A DNA stretch of 64,000 nt from a phage: sequence record PZ452609.1; one strand, written 5' to 3'. This document shows positions 54,456 through 63,045 of the stretch, in pieces. Under the pieces are notes generated by a model. That model did not search any database. It worked only from the letters and a program-made list of their open reading frames with translations, and was not told the DNA's origin. The first letter of the stretch is position 1. Each line of letters starts with the position of its first letter. Both the position numbers and the translations under genes were made by a program.

Positions 54456-54796
54456 AAACTATGAAAATCAAAGAGATGAACATCAACATTATCTTAGAAG
54501 AACGTTGGGAGAACATTAAGAAACCTGAAGATGGTAAAAAGTTCCTTAACAAAATTTTAGTAGCAGCTAAAGAAGAACTGACTGGCAAGATTGCAGCAGC
54601 AATCACAATAAAAGTTTGTGTAAAAGGTCTTCCAGACCATCACCAATTTGCACTTGACGAGTTTAAAAAAAGCTTCTACAATCCAAACAAACAGATGCTT
54701 GAAAGTAACTTTGCAGTATCTACAAGTATCGTCCATGACAGAAGCTTTATCCTTTACAAAAACATGAGGGGTGAGTCATGCAAGCATATTGGGTAG
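54449..54796 (+). CDS. hypothetical protein
   Basis: 115 aa. Confidence 0.35.
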   Translation: MVKTMKIKEMNINIILEERWENIKKPEDGKKFLNKILVAAKEELTGKIAAAITIKVCVKGLPDHHQFALDEFKKSFYNPNKQMLESNFAVSTSIVHDRSFILYKNMRGESCKHIG

Positions 54797-54954
54797 AAAT
54801 TTTACTGTCACTTGGTAGTGTAGCAGTCCTTGTTTATCTTCTTTGTAAGTACTTTGCAGAACACAAGAAGTGTGACTACTGTAACGGAGAAGGGTATACA
54901 AGAGCAGGTTGTTGCCCTATGTGTGGTGGTTCTGGTAAAATGTTTAATAAGTAA
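54778..54954 (+). CDS. small membrane-anchored zinc-finger protein (58 aa, not in ORF track)
   Basis: N-terminal hydrophobic helix, C-terminal CDYCNGEG...CPMCGGSG (two CxxCxGxG-like units); RBS gaggggtgag. Confidence 0.3.
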   Translation: MQAYWVEILLSLGSVAVLVYLLCKYFAEHKKCDYCNGEGYTRAGCCPMCGGSGKMFNK

Positions 54955-54982
54955 TTTAACAGTAAACTAAGAGGAAAGTATT

Positions 54983-57349
54983 ATGCGCATGGTAAATGAC
55001 CACGCAGAAGTGATTAAGAGTTCAACTTCTTTAGAGACGTCTCAAGCACAGATTACAATGACACCTGAGATGTTCAGCCTTTTGAGTTCTGGTGTATATA
55101 CCTTTAAAGAAAGGGCAGTGATTCGTGAACTGTCATGTAACGCAGTAGATGCTCAGAAAGAAGCTGGAAAAGAGAACATTCCGTTCCATGTGCATTTACC
55201 TACTCGTTTTGAGCCTTACTTTGAAGTTCGTGATTTTGGAACTGGATTGACTCATGATAAAGTTATGAGTTTGTACCTAAACTACGGGGCTTCTACGAAG
55301 AATGACTCTAATGACTACATTGGTGCAATGGGTATCGGCTCAAAATCCCCATTTGCAATTGCTCAGTCATTCACAGTATCTAGCTATGTTGATGGTGTTG
55401 TTAATAAGTACTCTGTTTATCTTGAGAATGGTATCCCTCAAGTAACTAAGCTGACCACTAACCCAACAAAAGAACCTAATGGTTTAGCTGTACGTGTGGC
55501 AGTTGCTGACCACCGTATCTCAAAGTTCTTTGAAGAAGCTGGAAATGTGTACTCATACTTCACTGTAAAACCAGAAAGTAATATTGAGTACGACGATGTA
55601 TTAGCAGATATGAACGTCATTGCCCGTGAAGAAGGTGTTTATGATGCCATGATTCATAAGCAAAGCTGGCGTTCTAGTGGTAACAGGACAGAGTTTAATG
55701 TGGTGATGGGTAATATTGCCTATCCAGTGAACATGGAAGCATTACTTGGTGATGATTTCTTCAAAGTCTTGCCAGAGTTTTTCCGTAGGAGCGTAGACCT
55801 TGTAAACATCTACATGCCTATTGGTTCAGTTGCTATAGCAGCTTCTCGTGAAGCATTGCAGATGAATGATACGACAAAAAATGTTATCATCGAGGCTACC
55901 AAAAAGATAACTGAAGCAATTACAAAGGATGTTATCAAGAAAGTTAATAGCCAACCTACACTCATGGATGCTGCACAGGCTTATGCAGAGCTACGTTTGA
56001 ACTCACGAGAGATGTTTAATGCTGTGTGTCCAAAGCTAGAGTGGGGAGGCATTAAGCTTGATTCTCTGGAAGAAGAATTGTTAAACATTCGTCGTGGAAT
56101 TATCTACGCAGAAGACGGCTCAGTCATTTATGAACGTGACGGTAAAGGCAATATTAAGGTTGATAGGAACGGGAACAATATCCCTAAAGTAGATTATCTT
56201 TATGACCCAGTTGCTTATGTCAAGTTCAACTCTTTAGAGAGTAAGATTCGTGCAACAGCACTTTCCTACACTCAAGAGGCAAGCATGTTCAATATCTTTG
56301 GTGCAATGCGTAAAAGCCAAATTGAACAGTTTTTGTTCGTGATTAATGACCGTCGCAATAAAAACGGTACTGAGAAGACTGTAGGACGCAATCAAATTTT
56401 GCGTGGTGCATGTCGAGACTACGCCAGTGAGTCAAATCTGTTTCACAGATACAATGGTATTGTCTTTGTATTCTCGACTGAAAAAGAGTTAGATGATTTA
56501 ATCAATCTACACAAACTTGATAAAAGCTTGTTAAAGATTGTGAAGATGTCTGATAAGGAACACCACTATCAGCGTAAAGAAGCTGTAAGGGGTGTTGTAA
56601 AACTCTGGAAAGCTGTTCCAGCAGAAACTAAAGCTTCATACAAAGAGGTGTCAGAAGACTTAGACACAATTGAAGAGCCTCAGCTTTATATTAAGGCAGT
56701 AGGTGACACAGTTGATGGTAGATGTTTTTGCTCATCTCCAGAGGATGTAGCTAAGTCAGTTGCTAATGTTACAGGCAAGACAGTCTATGTTTTCCGAAAA
56801 GCAAATTGGAAAAAGATACCAGAAGACTGGATTGAAGTAGATGAGAAGCTCTTGAACGACAGCTTAACTGATGTTCATTGGATTAACCATAACAGGTATA
56901 TGACACGCATCTACATGGATGGTGTCCTCGACCTTACAAGCAGTTGGATTATTGCCAGAAACTTTACGTTCAATAACAGGAAGATTTCTCGCGGGTATTG
57001 TTATTCAAGGGATACTATTAAGACAATCTTCTTAGAAGGGAATGAAGATGCTGTTGAGGCAATGTTCGGTAAGATTCAGTATGTGGCTGCACCGTTTGCA
57101 TACACTTACACTATCAGTGTTCTTCAGGATTTGAAGTCATGCCTTGATAATGACACAAAACTGTACAAAAAGATTAAAAAAGCAGGTGACCGCATGGTTA
57201 TCAAGCTGACAAACTATCTTTCAAAAAGAAAACAAGAAAACTTCTTGCTTTCACACTTAGATTGGAATAAAGTATCACCTATCGAAGTGAGTAAGTTTTT
57301 AGGCTTTAATGTGAAATGTGTTCCAGAAGGTACAACAATTTACGATTAA
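54983..57349 (+). CDS. rIIA: rIIA-like protein with N-terminal GHKL-type ATPase domain
   Basis: GHKL N-box IRELSCNAVDA, G1 DFGTGLT, G2 GAMGIGSKSPF; 788 aa, followed by rIIB-size gene. Confidence 0.45.
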   Translation: MRMVNDHAEVIKSSTSLETSQAQITMTPEMFSLLSSGVYTFKERAVIRELSCNAVDAQKEAGKENIPFHVHLPTRFEPYFEVRDFGTGLTHDKVMSLYLNYGASTKNDSNDYIGAMGIGSKSPFAIAQSFTVSSYVDGVVNKYSVYLENGIPQVTKLTTNPTKEPNGLAVRVAVADHRISKFFEEAGNVYSYFTVKPESNIEYDDVLADMNVIAREEGVYDAMIHKQSWRSSGNRTEFNVVMGNIAYPVNMEALLGDDFFKVLPEFFRRSVDLVNIYMPIGSVAIAASREALQMNDTTKNVIIEATKKITEAITKDVIKKVNSQPTLMDAAQAYAELRLNSREMFNAVCPKLEWGGIKLDSLEEELLNIRRGIIYAEDGSVIYERDGKGNIKVDRNGNNIPKVDYLYDPVAYVKFNSLESKIRATALSYTQEASMFNIFGAMRKSQIEQFLFVINDRRNKNGTEKTVGRNQILRGACRDYASESNLFHRYNGIVFVFSTEKELDDLINLHKLDKSLLKIVKMSDKEHHYQRKEAVRGVVKLWKAVPAETKASYKEVSEDLDTIEEPQLYIKAVGDTVDGRCFCSSPEDVAKSVANVTGKTVYVFRKANWKKIPEDWIEVDEKLLNDSLTDVHWINHNRYMTRIYMDGVLDLTSSWIIARNFTFNNRKISRGYCYSRDTIKTIFLEGNEDAVEAMFGKIQYVAAPFAYTYTISVLQDLKSCLDNDTKLYKKIKKAGDRMVIKLTNYLSKRKQENFLLSHLDWNKVSPIEVSKFLGFNVKCVPEGTTIYD

Positions 57350-57354
57350 AGTGT

Positions 57355-57384
57355 TTGACAAGGGGCTTTGAAGCCCCTTAGAAT
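57355..57384 (+). promoter_or_regulatory. promoter TTGACA-N18-TAGAAT with hairpin in spacer
   Basis: -35 57355-60, spacer is aggggct-ttga-agcccct palindrome, -10 tagaat 57379-84. Confidence 0.45.
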
Positions 57385-57428
57385 AGCCTCACAAATTGAT
57401 TGATTAACTAACAAGAGAGAGTAATAAG

Positions 57429-58538
57429 ATGACTACTAAAACTAAAGCACAGATTGACGCAGAAATTTACAAACTGGTTAAAGAAGGTAAGCTGACTAAA
57501 ACAGCTATTGCACAGAAGTTCAATACTTCAACCCGTTCAGTTGGTCGTGCTGTAGAGCGTCATGAAGCAACCTTAAAAGGCAAGAAGAAGGCAACTTCTA
57601 CACCAGCTACGAAGACTTTGAAACAATTTGCTAAGACTTTTAAAAAGAAAGCTGGCAAACCAGTTGAAAAGGTCGTTAAAGACACTGTACAGAAAGCTCC
57701 AGTAAATAAACTGCACGAAGCTATGCAGAAAGATGACAAGATTGAGTACATGATTACTGGTGATTCTGTAATTATGACTTATGGTTCAGAATCTGAAATT
57801 GTTGAGTCTACTCATCCGAACTATCAAGAGATTGTAGTTCATGTTGTGAAAGGTCAGTTCAAGAAAGCATTTGAACTGATGAACATTCGTAAGTCTATCG
57901 AAAACTTCACTCAGGGTGCTATCACAATCAAAGGCGACAAGCTATTCTACGGTGCTGTTGAGATGCGTTCTACTCTGGTTGACCGTATTCTTCACATGAT
58001 GAAAACTGGCGATAAAGGTTTTGAACGACTTGTAATGTTCTTCGAAAAACTGATGGAAAACCCATCTAAAGATTCTGTAGAACAACTTTGGGGATTTGTA
58101 TCTCACCTTGATGTTGAAATTGATGAAGAAGGCTACATCATTGGTTGGAAGAAAGTCTCTACTCGTGAAGGCAAGCTGGTTGACTCTCACACCTACAAAG
58201 TGCCTAATGATTTGGGTAACATTGTAGAAATGCCACGTTGGATGGTTGATAATAACCGTAACGTAACTTGCTCTCAAGGTCTTCATGTTGGTGCTTGGGA
58301 TTATGTTCGTTGCTTCTCAGGTGATACAATCCTGAAGGTTCGCGTACATCCACGAGATGTTGTATCTGTTCCAACTGATTACAATGATATGAAGATGCGT
58401 TCCTCTCGTTATGAAGTTGCAGCAATCGTTGATAATCAACGTAAAGTGCTGGAAGCATGGGACGGTAAGACTGAAGCTTTGCATGTCATCGTTGGCACTG
58501 CTGGTGAACTCATCTCTCAACGTAAACGTGAAATCTAA
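57429..58538 (+). CDS. rIIB-like protein (putative), N-terminal HTH-like region and basic linker
   Basis: 369 aa directly downstream of rIIA-like gene; assignment by synteny only. Confidence 0.35.
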   Translation: MTTKTKAQIDAEIYKLVKEGKLTKTAIAQKFNTSTRSVGRAVERHEATLKGKKKATSTPATKTLKQFAKTFKKKAGKPVEKVVKDTVQKAPVNKLHEAMQKDDKIEYMITGDSVIMTYGSESEIVESTHPNYQEIVVHVVKGQFKKAFELMNIRKSIENFTQGAITIKGDKLFYGAVEMRSTLVDRILHMMKTGDKGFERLVMFFEKLMENPSKDSVEQLWGFVSHLDVEIDEEGYIIGWKKVSTREGKLVDSHTYKVPNDLGNIVEMPRWMVDNNRNVTCSQGLHVGAWDYVRCFSGDTILKVRVHPRDVVSVPTDYNDMKMRSSRYEVAAIVDNQRKVLEAWDGKTEALHVIVGTAGELISQRKREI

Positions 58539-58544
58539 TAAGTA

Positions 58545-58568
58545 ATTTCTTAAAAGGCTGCTTCGGCG
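58545..58568 (+). terminator. intrinsic terminator (aggcugc-UUCG-gcggccu + T-run)
   Basis: stem with one G-U pair, UUCG loop, TTTTTT. Confidence 0.6.
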
Positions 58569-58579
58569 GCCTTTTTTAT

Positions 58580-58607
58580 TTGTATTTTGTGCAGAGTGCT
58601 GTATAAT
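58580..58607 (+). promoter_or_regulatory. putative promoter TTGTAT-N16-TATAAT
   Basis: perfect -10 tataat 58602-07. Confidence 0.35.
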
Positions 58608-58638
58608 TGATGTCACGATAAACTAAACAGGAGAACCA

Positions 58639-59187
58639 ATGAAGAAATTGATTCTAGGTTTGTGCTTAATGTTTACAGCACACTTATCTTATGCAGTTGA
58701 CTGCCCAGAACTATCAATTAGCCAAAAAGTGAACATGTTAAAAGCTTACCAGTATGGTGAGAATAACATGGGTAAAGGTTGGGGTATCACTCTAGCAGCT
58801 ATAGCCTTACAAGAGTCAGAGTTAGGTCTGAAGGTAGAAAATAAAAAGACCCATGACTATGGTATCTTCCAGAATCACTTGAAGACTGTTGTAAAGCGTA
58901 ACAAAATTAGTCCTAATGTTGCTAAAAAGAAACTCTTAAAAGATTTTGACTATGCCGCAAAAGAAACACATAAAGAGCTTGAGTTTTGGACGAAGGTGCA
59001 TGGTCACCCAAAGTCAAAGAAGACTTTACAAAAAGTTTTAGCATCATATAATGCTGGGTATTCGTACAGAATCCCTAAAGCTAAGAAATATTCTCAAGAT
59101 GTCTATAACAACATGAAAGTTATTGCTCAATGTGAATTTGCAACAAACATTTCTAAGGTAAACCATGAAAAAATTAAAAAAGTCTGA
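58639..59187 (+). CDS. secreted lytic transglycosylase-like protein (putative endolysin)
   Basis: signal peptide MKKLILGLCLMFTAHLSYA; SLT-like core AIALQESELG...DYGIFQ. Confidence 0.5.
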   Translation: MKKLILGLCLMFTAHLSYAVDCPELSISQKVNMLKAYQYGENNMGKGWGITLAAIALQESELGLKVENKKTHDYGIFQNHLKTVVKRNKISPNVAKKKLLKDFDYAAKETHKELEFWTKVHGHPKSKKTLQKVLASYNAGYSYRIPKAKKYSQDVYNNMKVIAQCEFATNISKVNHEKIKKV

Positions 59188-59860
59188 TGAAGTCCTGTGC
59201 CACGCTTATGACTTACATCCTCATGAGTTAGGTCTTGATTCCTGTGTATGGACTCCAGAACAGTGTAGGGATTTTGAAGACACTGCAAGAGAAGTTGTAT
59301 GTTCACTGGAAGAGTTCCACACATCAGAACCAATTGTGAACGTTGTGGACAAAGAGACTGGACAAACTATAGGTGTAAGGCGCGATAGTTTAGTCATAGT
59401 CAATAAAGACCTTGTAGAAAAAGGTAACCTCATCTTAGCAGATATTGATGGTGTTCTTACAAATTTTAATCACGAAGATTGCTCAACGGAATTGACTGAT
59501 GGTTCATTCTCACAGTACACTAATCTTCTTGATTCTGTAAGAGCAAAGCCAACATATGTTTTCAACATTATTGATGCAATTGCAAATCATGCAGCAGTTG
59601 GACTCTTGACAGCAAGAGGTGAATCTCAGAGAATACCTACTGAGATGTTTTTAAGGCACAATATAGAGCATGATTACTTGCTTTTTATGCGTGGTTTTGG
59701 AACTAACTCTATAAGTGCAGAAAGTTTGAAAGTGAGGATGATTCAGTCTTGCATTCTTCCTTACTTTAATATAGTATGCTTTATAGAAGATACAGAGAAT
59801 AATGTTCAGAAGGTAAACAGAATCCTTCCACACATTAAAACTATGTTAGTTAAACATTGA
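59165..59860 (+). CDS. HAD-superfamily phosphatase-like protein
   Basis: motif I ADIDGVLT, motif II LLTARG, later FIEDTENN. Confidence 0.45.
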   Translation: MKKLKKSDEVLCHAYDLHPHELGLDSCVWTPEQCRDFEDTAREVVCSLEEFHTSEPIVNVVDKETGQTIGVRRDSLVIVNKDLVEKGNLILADIDGVLTNFNHEDCSTELTDGSFSQYTNLLDSVRAKPTYVFNIIDAIANHAAVGLLTARGESQRIPTEMFLRHNIEHDYLLFMRGFGTNSISAESLKVRMIQSCILPYFNIVCFIEDTENNVQKVNRILPHIKTMLVKH

Positions 59861-60336
59861 GAGAAGAACTTATGAACAATATTATTACGGTAGCACTGGA
59901 CGATACGGCAAACAAATCTGAAGTAGTTCGTAAAATGATTCAAGGTAACTTTGAAGGTAAAATTTTCCGTGCTGTTAATGTAAAAGCTGATGGTAGCATT
60001 CGTGAATATCGTGCATTGTTGAACGTTAAGAAGCACGTAAAAGGTGTTGGTTCAACGACTGCACACAAAGAAAACCTGATGACTATCTATGATATGGGTA
60101 AGGCTTCAGAGTTAGGTGCTGAAGGTATCGTTAAAGAAGGTGCTCCGTATCGCTCTTTCAATCTGGAAACTACTCTTATGCTTTCCTTTACAAGTGGTTC
60201 CAAAACAATCACTTATCTCTTTACTGATGCTGCAACGGTATCTGCTATTAAGGATAGCACTGTCAAAGCTGGCGTAGTTGCTGCTGCAAAAGCTTCTTCG
60301 ATGGCTGCAAATATCCTTGCTAAAGTCCTCGGTTAA
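59857..60336 (+). CDS. hypothetical protein
   Basis: 159 aa. Confidence 0.35.
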   Translation: MREELMNNIITVALDDTANKSEVVRKMIQGNFEGKIFRAVNVKADGSIREYRALLNVKKHVKGVGSTTAHKENLMTIYDMGKASELGAEGIVKEGAPYRSFNLETTLMLSFTSGSKTITYLFTDAATVSAIKDSTVKAGVVAAAKASSMAANILAKVLG

Positions 60337-60347
60337 GGTTAAGATAC

Positions 60348-60370
60348 AGGCTCCTTCGGGAGCCTTTTTC
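60348..60370 (+). terminator. intrinsic terminator (aggctcc-UUCG-ggagcct + TTTT)
   Basis: perfect stem, UUCG loop, T-run. Confidence 0.65.
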
Positions 60371-60388
60371 ATTTCAGGAGATTGTTAA

Positions 60389-60736
60389 ATGACATTTAAA
60401 GAGTTCTGTCAAGCTACTTTCATAATTGTTTTCTTAGTTGGGGCAGGTGTCTGGGGAGGATACTCTTACAGAGACTACCAAGTTGCTGAAACTGAGCTAA
60501 ACAACCAGAAGCTAATAAGTGTTGCTAAAGATGCTTATCAGGAAGGATTAGCTACACTGAGCACCAATTACAAAAATGATTTGAAAGACGTGCTTGCTAA
60601 GAATAAGCACACAAAAGAGGTACTGACATATGAAAAGACTAAGCCAGAGTTTTATAATGTTTGTGTTACTGATAACTATGTCAGGGTGTTCAACGAACAA
60701 AGTGAGCAATACATTCAAAAACTCCCAAGTAAGTGA
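60389..60736 (+). CDS. i-spanin-like protein (Rz-like, putative)
   Basis: N-terminal TM anchor FIIVFLVGAGVWGG then helical periplasmic domain; 3' end overlaps a lipoprotein ORF in another frame. Confidence 0.4.
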   Translation: MTFKEFCQATFIIVFLVGAGVWGGYSYRDYQVAETELNNQKLISVAKDAYQEGLATLSTNYKNDLKDVLAKNKHTKEVLTYEKTKPEFYNVCVTDNYVRVFNEQSEQYIQKLPSK

Positions 60737-60896
60737 AAGTGATAAGTACACTCAGGAAGATGTAAGATATGCTGTCAAAGGTAACACTGGTGCAGACTTA
60801 TCAGAAGCCCTTGAGTTTTATCGTGACGGGTACTATCAGTGTACTATGAAAGCTAACAACTTGATTGATATGATTTTATTAGGGAATAAGCAGTAA
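60630..60896 (+). CDS. o-spanin-like lipoprotein (Rz1-like, putative), embedded/overlapping
   Basis: MKRLSQSFIMFVLLITMSGC lipobox-like signal; begins inside the preceding gene in +1 frame. Confidence 0.35.
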   Translation: MKRLSQSFIMFVLLITMSGCSTNKVSNTFKNSQVSESDKYTQEDVRYAVKGNTGADLSEALEFYRDGYYQCTMKANNLIDMILLGNKQ

Positions 60897-61168
60897 TGAC
60901 ACAAAGTAATGATGAAACTTTCTACACAGAAGGTTACTTACTTCTACCGAGACCGAAAGATACTTACATGAGGATTGATTTCTTACCTACGATTATGGAT
61001 AATGTAATGTGTCACATCTTTATGCAAGGTATCACAGCACAGCTTAAGCATGTTGGTAAAGAGTGCAAAATAAAGGTTGACACTCATCCAGAAATCAAAG
61101 AGAATCACTACACATGGTTCCTACCAGACTCTAAAGAAATCTTAGCAGTTCTTAAAACGAGGAAATGA
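60896..61168 (+). CDS. hypothetical protein
   Basis: 90 aa. Confidence 0.3.
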   Translation: MTQSNDETFYTEGYLLLPRPKDTYMRIDFLPTIMDNVMCHIFMQGITAQLKHVGKECKIKVDTHPEIKENHYTWFLPDSKEILAVLKTRK

Positions 61169-61479
61169 TTATGCAATTCCAGCCAACAAATCGTGGATTT
61201 TCTTATGCAGAATTTAAAGATGCTAAAGGGGAAATTTGTACTTTACAAGAGAGTTCATCATACGAACCATGTATCTGGTTAGGTGCTAAAGAGGTCTCTG
61301 TTCAGTACCTAGATAATGGCTGGAAAACACTTGATATCCCAGCATTAGTTGGTAAAGATTTTATAGGTAATCAAAGAATGAAGCTCAATCAAGAACAGGT
61401 AAAAGAGTTGTTGCCGTACCTTCAATACTTTGCTGAAAATGGTGAATTACCAACAGAGGAACTTACAAATGCAGATTAA
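61165..61479 (+). CDS. hypothetical protein
   Basis: 104 aa. Confidence 0.3.
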   Translation: MIMQFQPTNRGFSYAEFKDAKGEICTLQESSSYEPCIWLGAKEVSVQYLDNGWKTLDIPALVGKDFIGNQRMKLNQEQVKELLPYLQYFAENGELPTEELTNAD

Positions 61480-61795
61480 TGGAAGAGACTTTGTAGCCGT
61501 TTACTACGAGAAAGGTAAAGAAGTTGGCGTAGCGCAAGTATCTTATGGCAATGGTGGGTGGCTATATGGAACAATCGCAGTAGTTGGAACGAGAAGTGAT
61601 ACAAAAACTTTTAAAGATTGTGTTGACCTTCTTGAAGAATCCATTCAGAATCATTGGTGTCTGATATGGATGACTGACAACGAAGTGATAGAACGCTTCA
61701 AAAAGATTGATATCAACATTGATAGTATTGAGCATGTTGATTTATATGAGCTAACTGAGAAGGTAAACTATGAGAGTAATTCTAGCCAGAGATAA
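61469..61795 (+). CDS. hypothetical protein
   Basis: start ATG 61469 with RBS gagga. Confidence 0.3.
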   Translation: MQINGRDFVAVYYEKGKEVGVAQVSYGNGGWLYGTIAVVGTRSDTKTFKDCVDLLEESIQNHWCLIWMTDNEVIERFKKIDINIDSIEHVDLYELTEKVNYESNSSQR

Positions 61796-61997
61796 AAAGA
61801 CACGGAAACTCATCCGGTCAGCAGTATTCATTGGAAGAAATGAAGTCATCCCGTTTACAGCAAACGATGTGATAGCCTACAGGAAAAACTTAGTGTTTAG
61901 TGATTGCTTGCGTGGCTTCATCTCCCAACCGTTGGAAGATTTTAAAAGCCGTTGTGGTAAAGGTATCATCATTCAAGAGGCAATTATCAATGGCTGA
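61770..61997 (+). CDS. hypothetical protein
   Basis: 75 aa. Confidence 0.3.
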   Translation: MRVILARDKKTRKLIRSAVFIGRNEVIPFTANDVIAYRKNLVFSDCLRGFISQPLEDFKSRCGKGIIIQEAIING

Positions 61998-62190
61998 CTT
62001 CTGCAAAGACTGTTCTATCGAAATGTTCGGACGTGATACAGGTGACTTAAAAGGTCTTATCACTGAAGATGACTTTAAAGCTGGTTATGCAATGCCAGTA
62101 ATCTGTGAAGGTTGTGGGTGCATCTGGGTAGACCACGAAGGACAACGTGTAAAACCTTCAGAAGACAAAGAATCTTGGGAGAGATGTTAA
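61990..62190 (+). CDS. small zinc-binding protein
   Basis: CKDC ... CEGCGC Cys clusters; RBS agagg. Confidence 0.3.
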   Translation: MADFCKDCSIEMFGRDTGDLKGLITEDDFKAGYAMPVICEGCGCIWVDHEGQRVKPSEDKESWERC

Positions 62191-62976
62191 ATGGGTATTG
62201 TAAAAATAATTAATGGTGATATCTTTGCCGCATTTGATAAAGGTAAGTTTGACATCATCGGTCACGGTTGCAACTGTATGAATTTAATGGGTGCAGGTAT
62301 CGCTGACAAGATTTCTAAACTTTACCCAAAAGCATATGAGACCGATACAGAAGTTTATCTGTATGCAGGTGGTATAGGACACAAACCCTGTGAAAATTTA
62401 CTGGGTAATTTCTCTGTAGCACGTTTAAAACAAGGTCGTATAGCTAACCTTTACACTCAGCTTAAGACTGGTAAAGATGCCCGATACAGTGCTTTAGAGT
62501 CATCTTTGAAACAGCTTAACAGATACTGTGAAGTTAATCAGTTGAAGAAGGTTGGTTTACCTATGATTGGTGCAGGTATCGGTGGACTTGACCCTCAAGC
62601 CGTCACAGTTATCATTAATCAGGTGATGAAGAGTGTAGATGTTTATCTGTATGTCTACGAAGGAGAGATGTACCACAAGTTACGCTCAGGTTGGAATAAC
62701 TACTGTGAACCAGAATACTTTGCAGGTGTAGTAACGTTCAAAGATGATACAGTTACCCTCTTCAGACGAAGAAAAGGTAAGATACATCAAAGTAACCCTC
62801 CGGTTGAGAAGATGTCTCTAAGTAACGCTCTAGTTACCCACCTGTCGAAGAGCAATCACAGGATAGCCGTAACATTTGGCAGTGATGCAGATACATATAT
62901 TTATGCAAGAACTGATGAGGATATCGAGACGGTCTTCTCTTCACCAGAAGTTACCTTCTTAGACGCAAAGAACTAA
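62191..62976 (+). CDS. macro domain-like protein (ADP-ribose binding/processing, putative)
   Basis: N-terminal INGDIFAAF..FDIIGHGCNCMNLMGAGIADKI and later GLPMIGAGIGG resemble macro-domain Gly-rich motifs. Confidence 0.4.
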   Translation: MGIVKIINGDIFAAFDKGKFDIIGHGCNCMNLMGAGIADKISKLYPKAYETDTEVYLYAGGIGHKPCENLLGNFSVARLKQGRIANLYTQLKTGKDARYSALESSLKQLNRYCEVNQLKKVGLPMIGAGIGGLDPQAVTVIINQVMKSVDVYLYVYEGEMYHKLRSGWNNYCEPEYFAGVVTFKDDTVTLFRRRKGKIHQSNPPVEKMSLSNALVTHLSKSNHRIAVTFGSDADTYIYARTDEDIETVFSSPEVTFLDAKN

Positions 62977-63045
62977 GAAACTCTGTATAATATTCACAAT
63001 AGACTAAGCCTTCTTTATCTGGTAAATTTTTCAGGTAAGGAGGGC

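Noticed and set aside
54983-57349. Hsp90/HtpG chaperone or type II topoisomerase ATPase subunit
   Set aside because: GHKL boxes are present but no TOPRIM EGDSA motif and no Hsp90 middle-domain signatures were seen; size and the following ~370-aa gene fit an rIIA/rIIB pair better. This needs profile search to settle.
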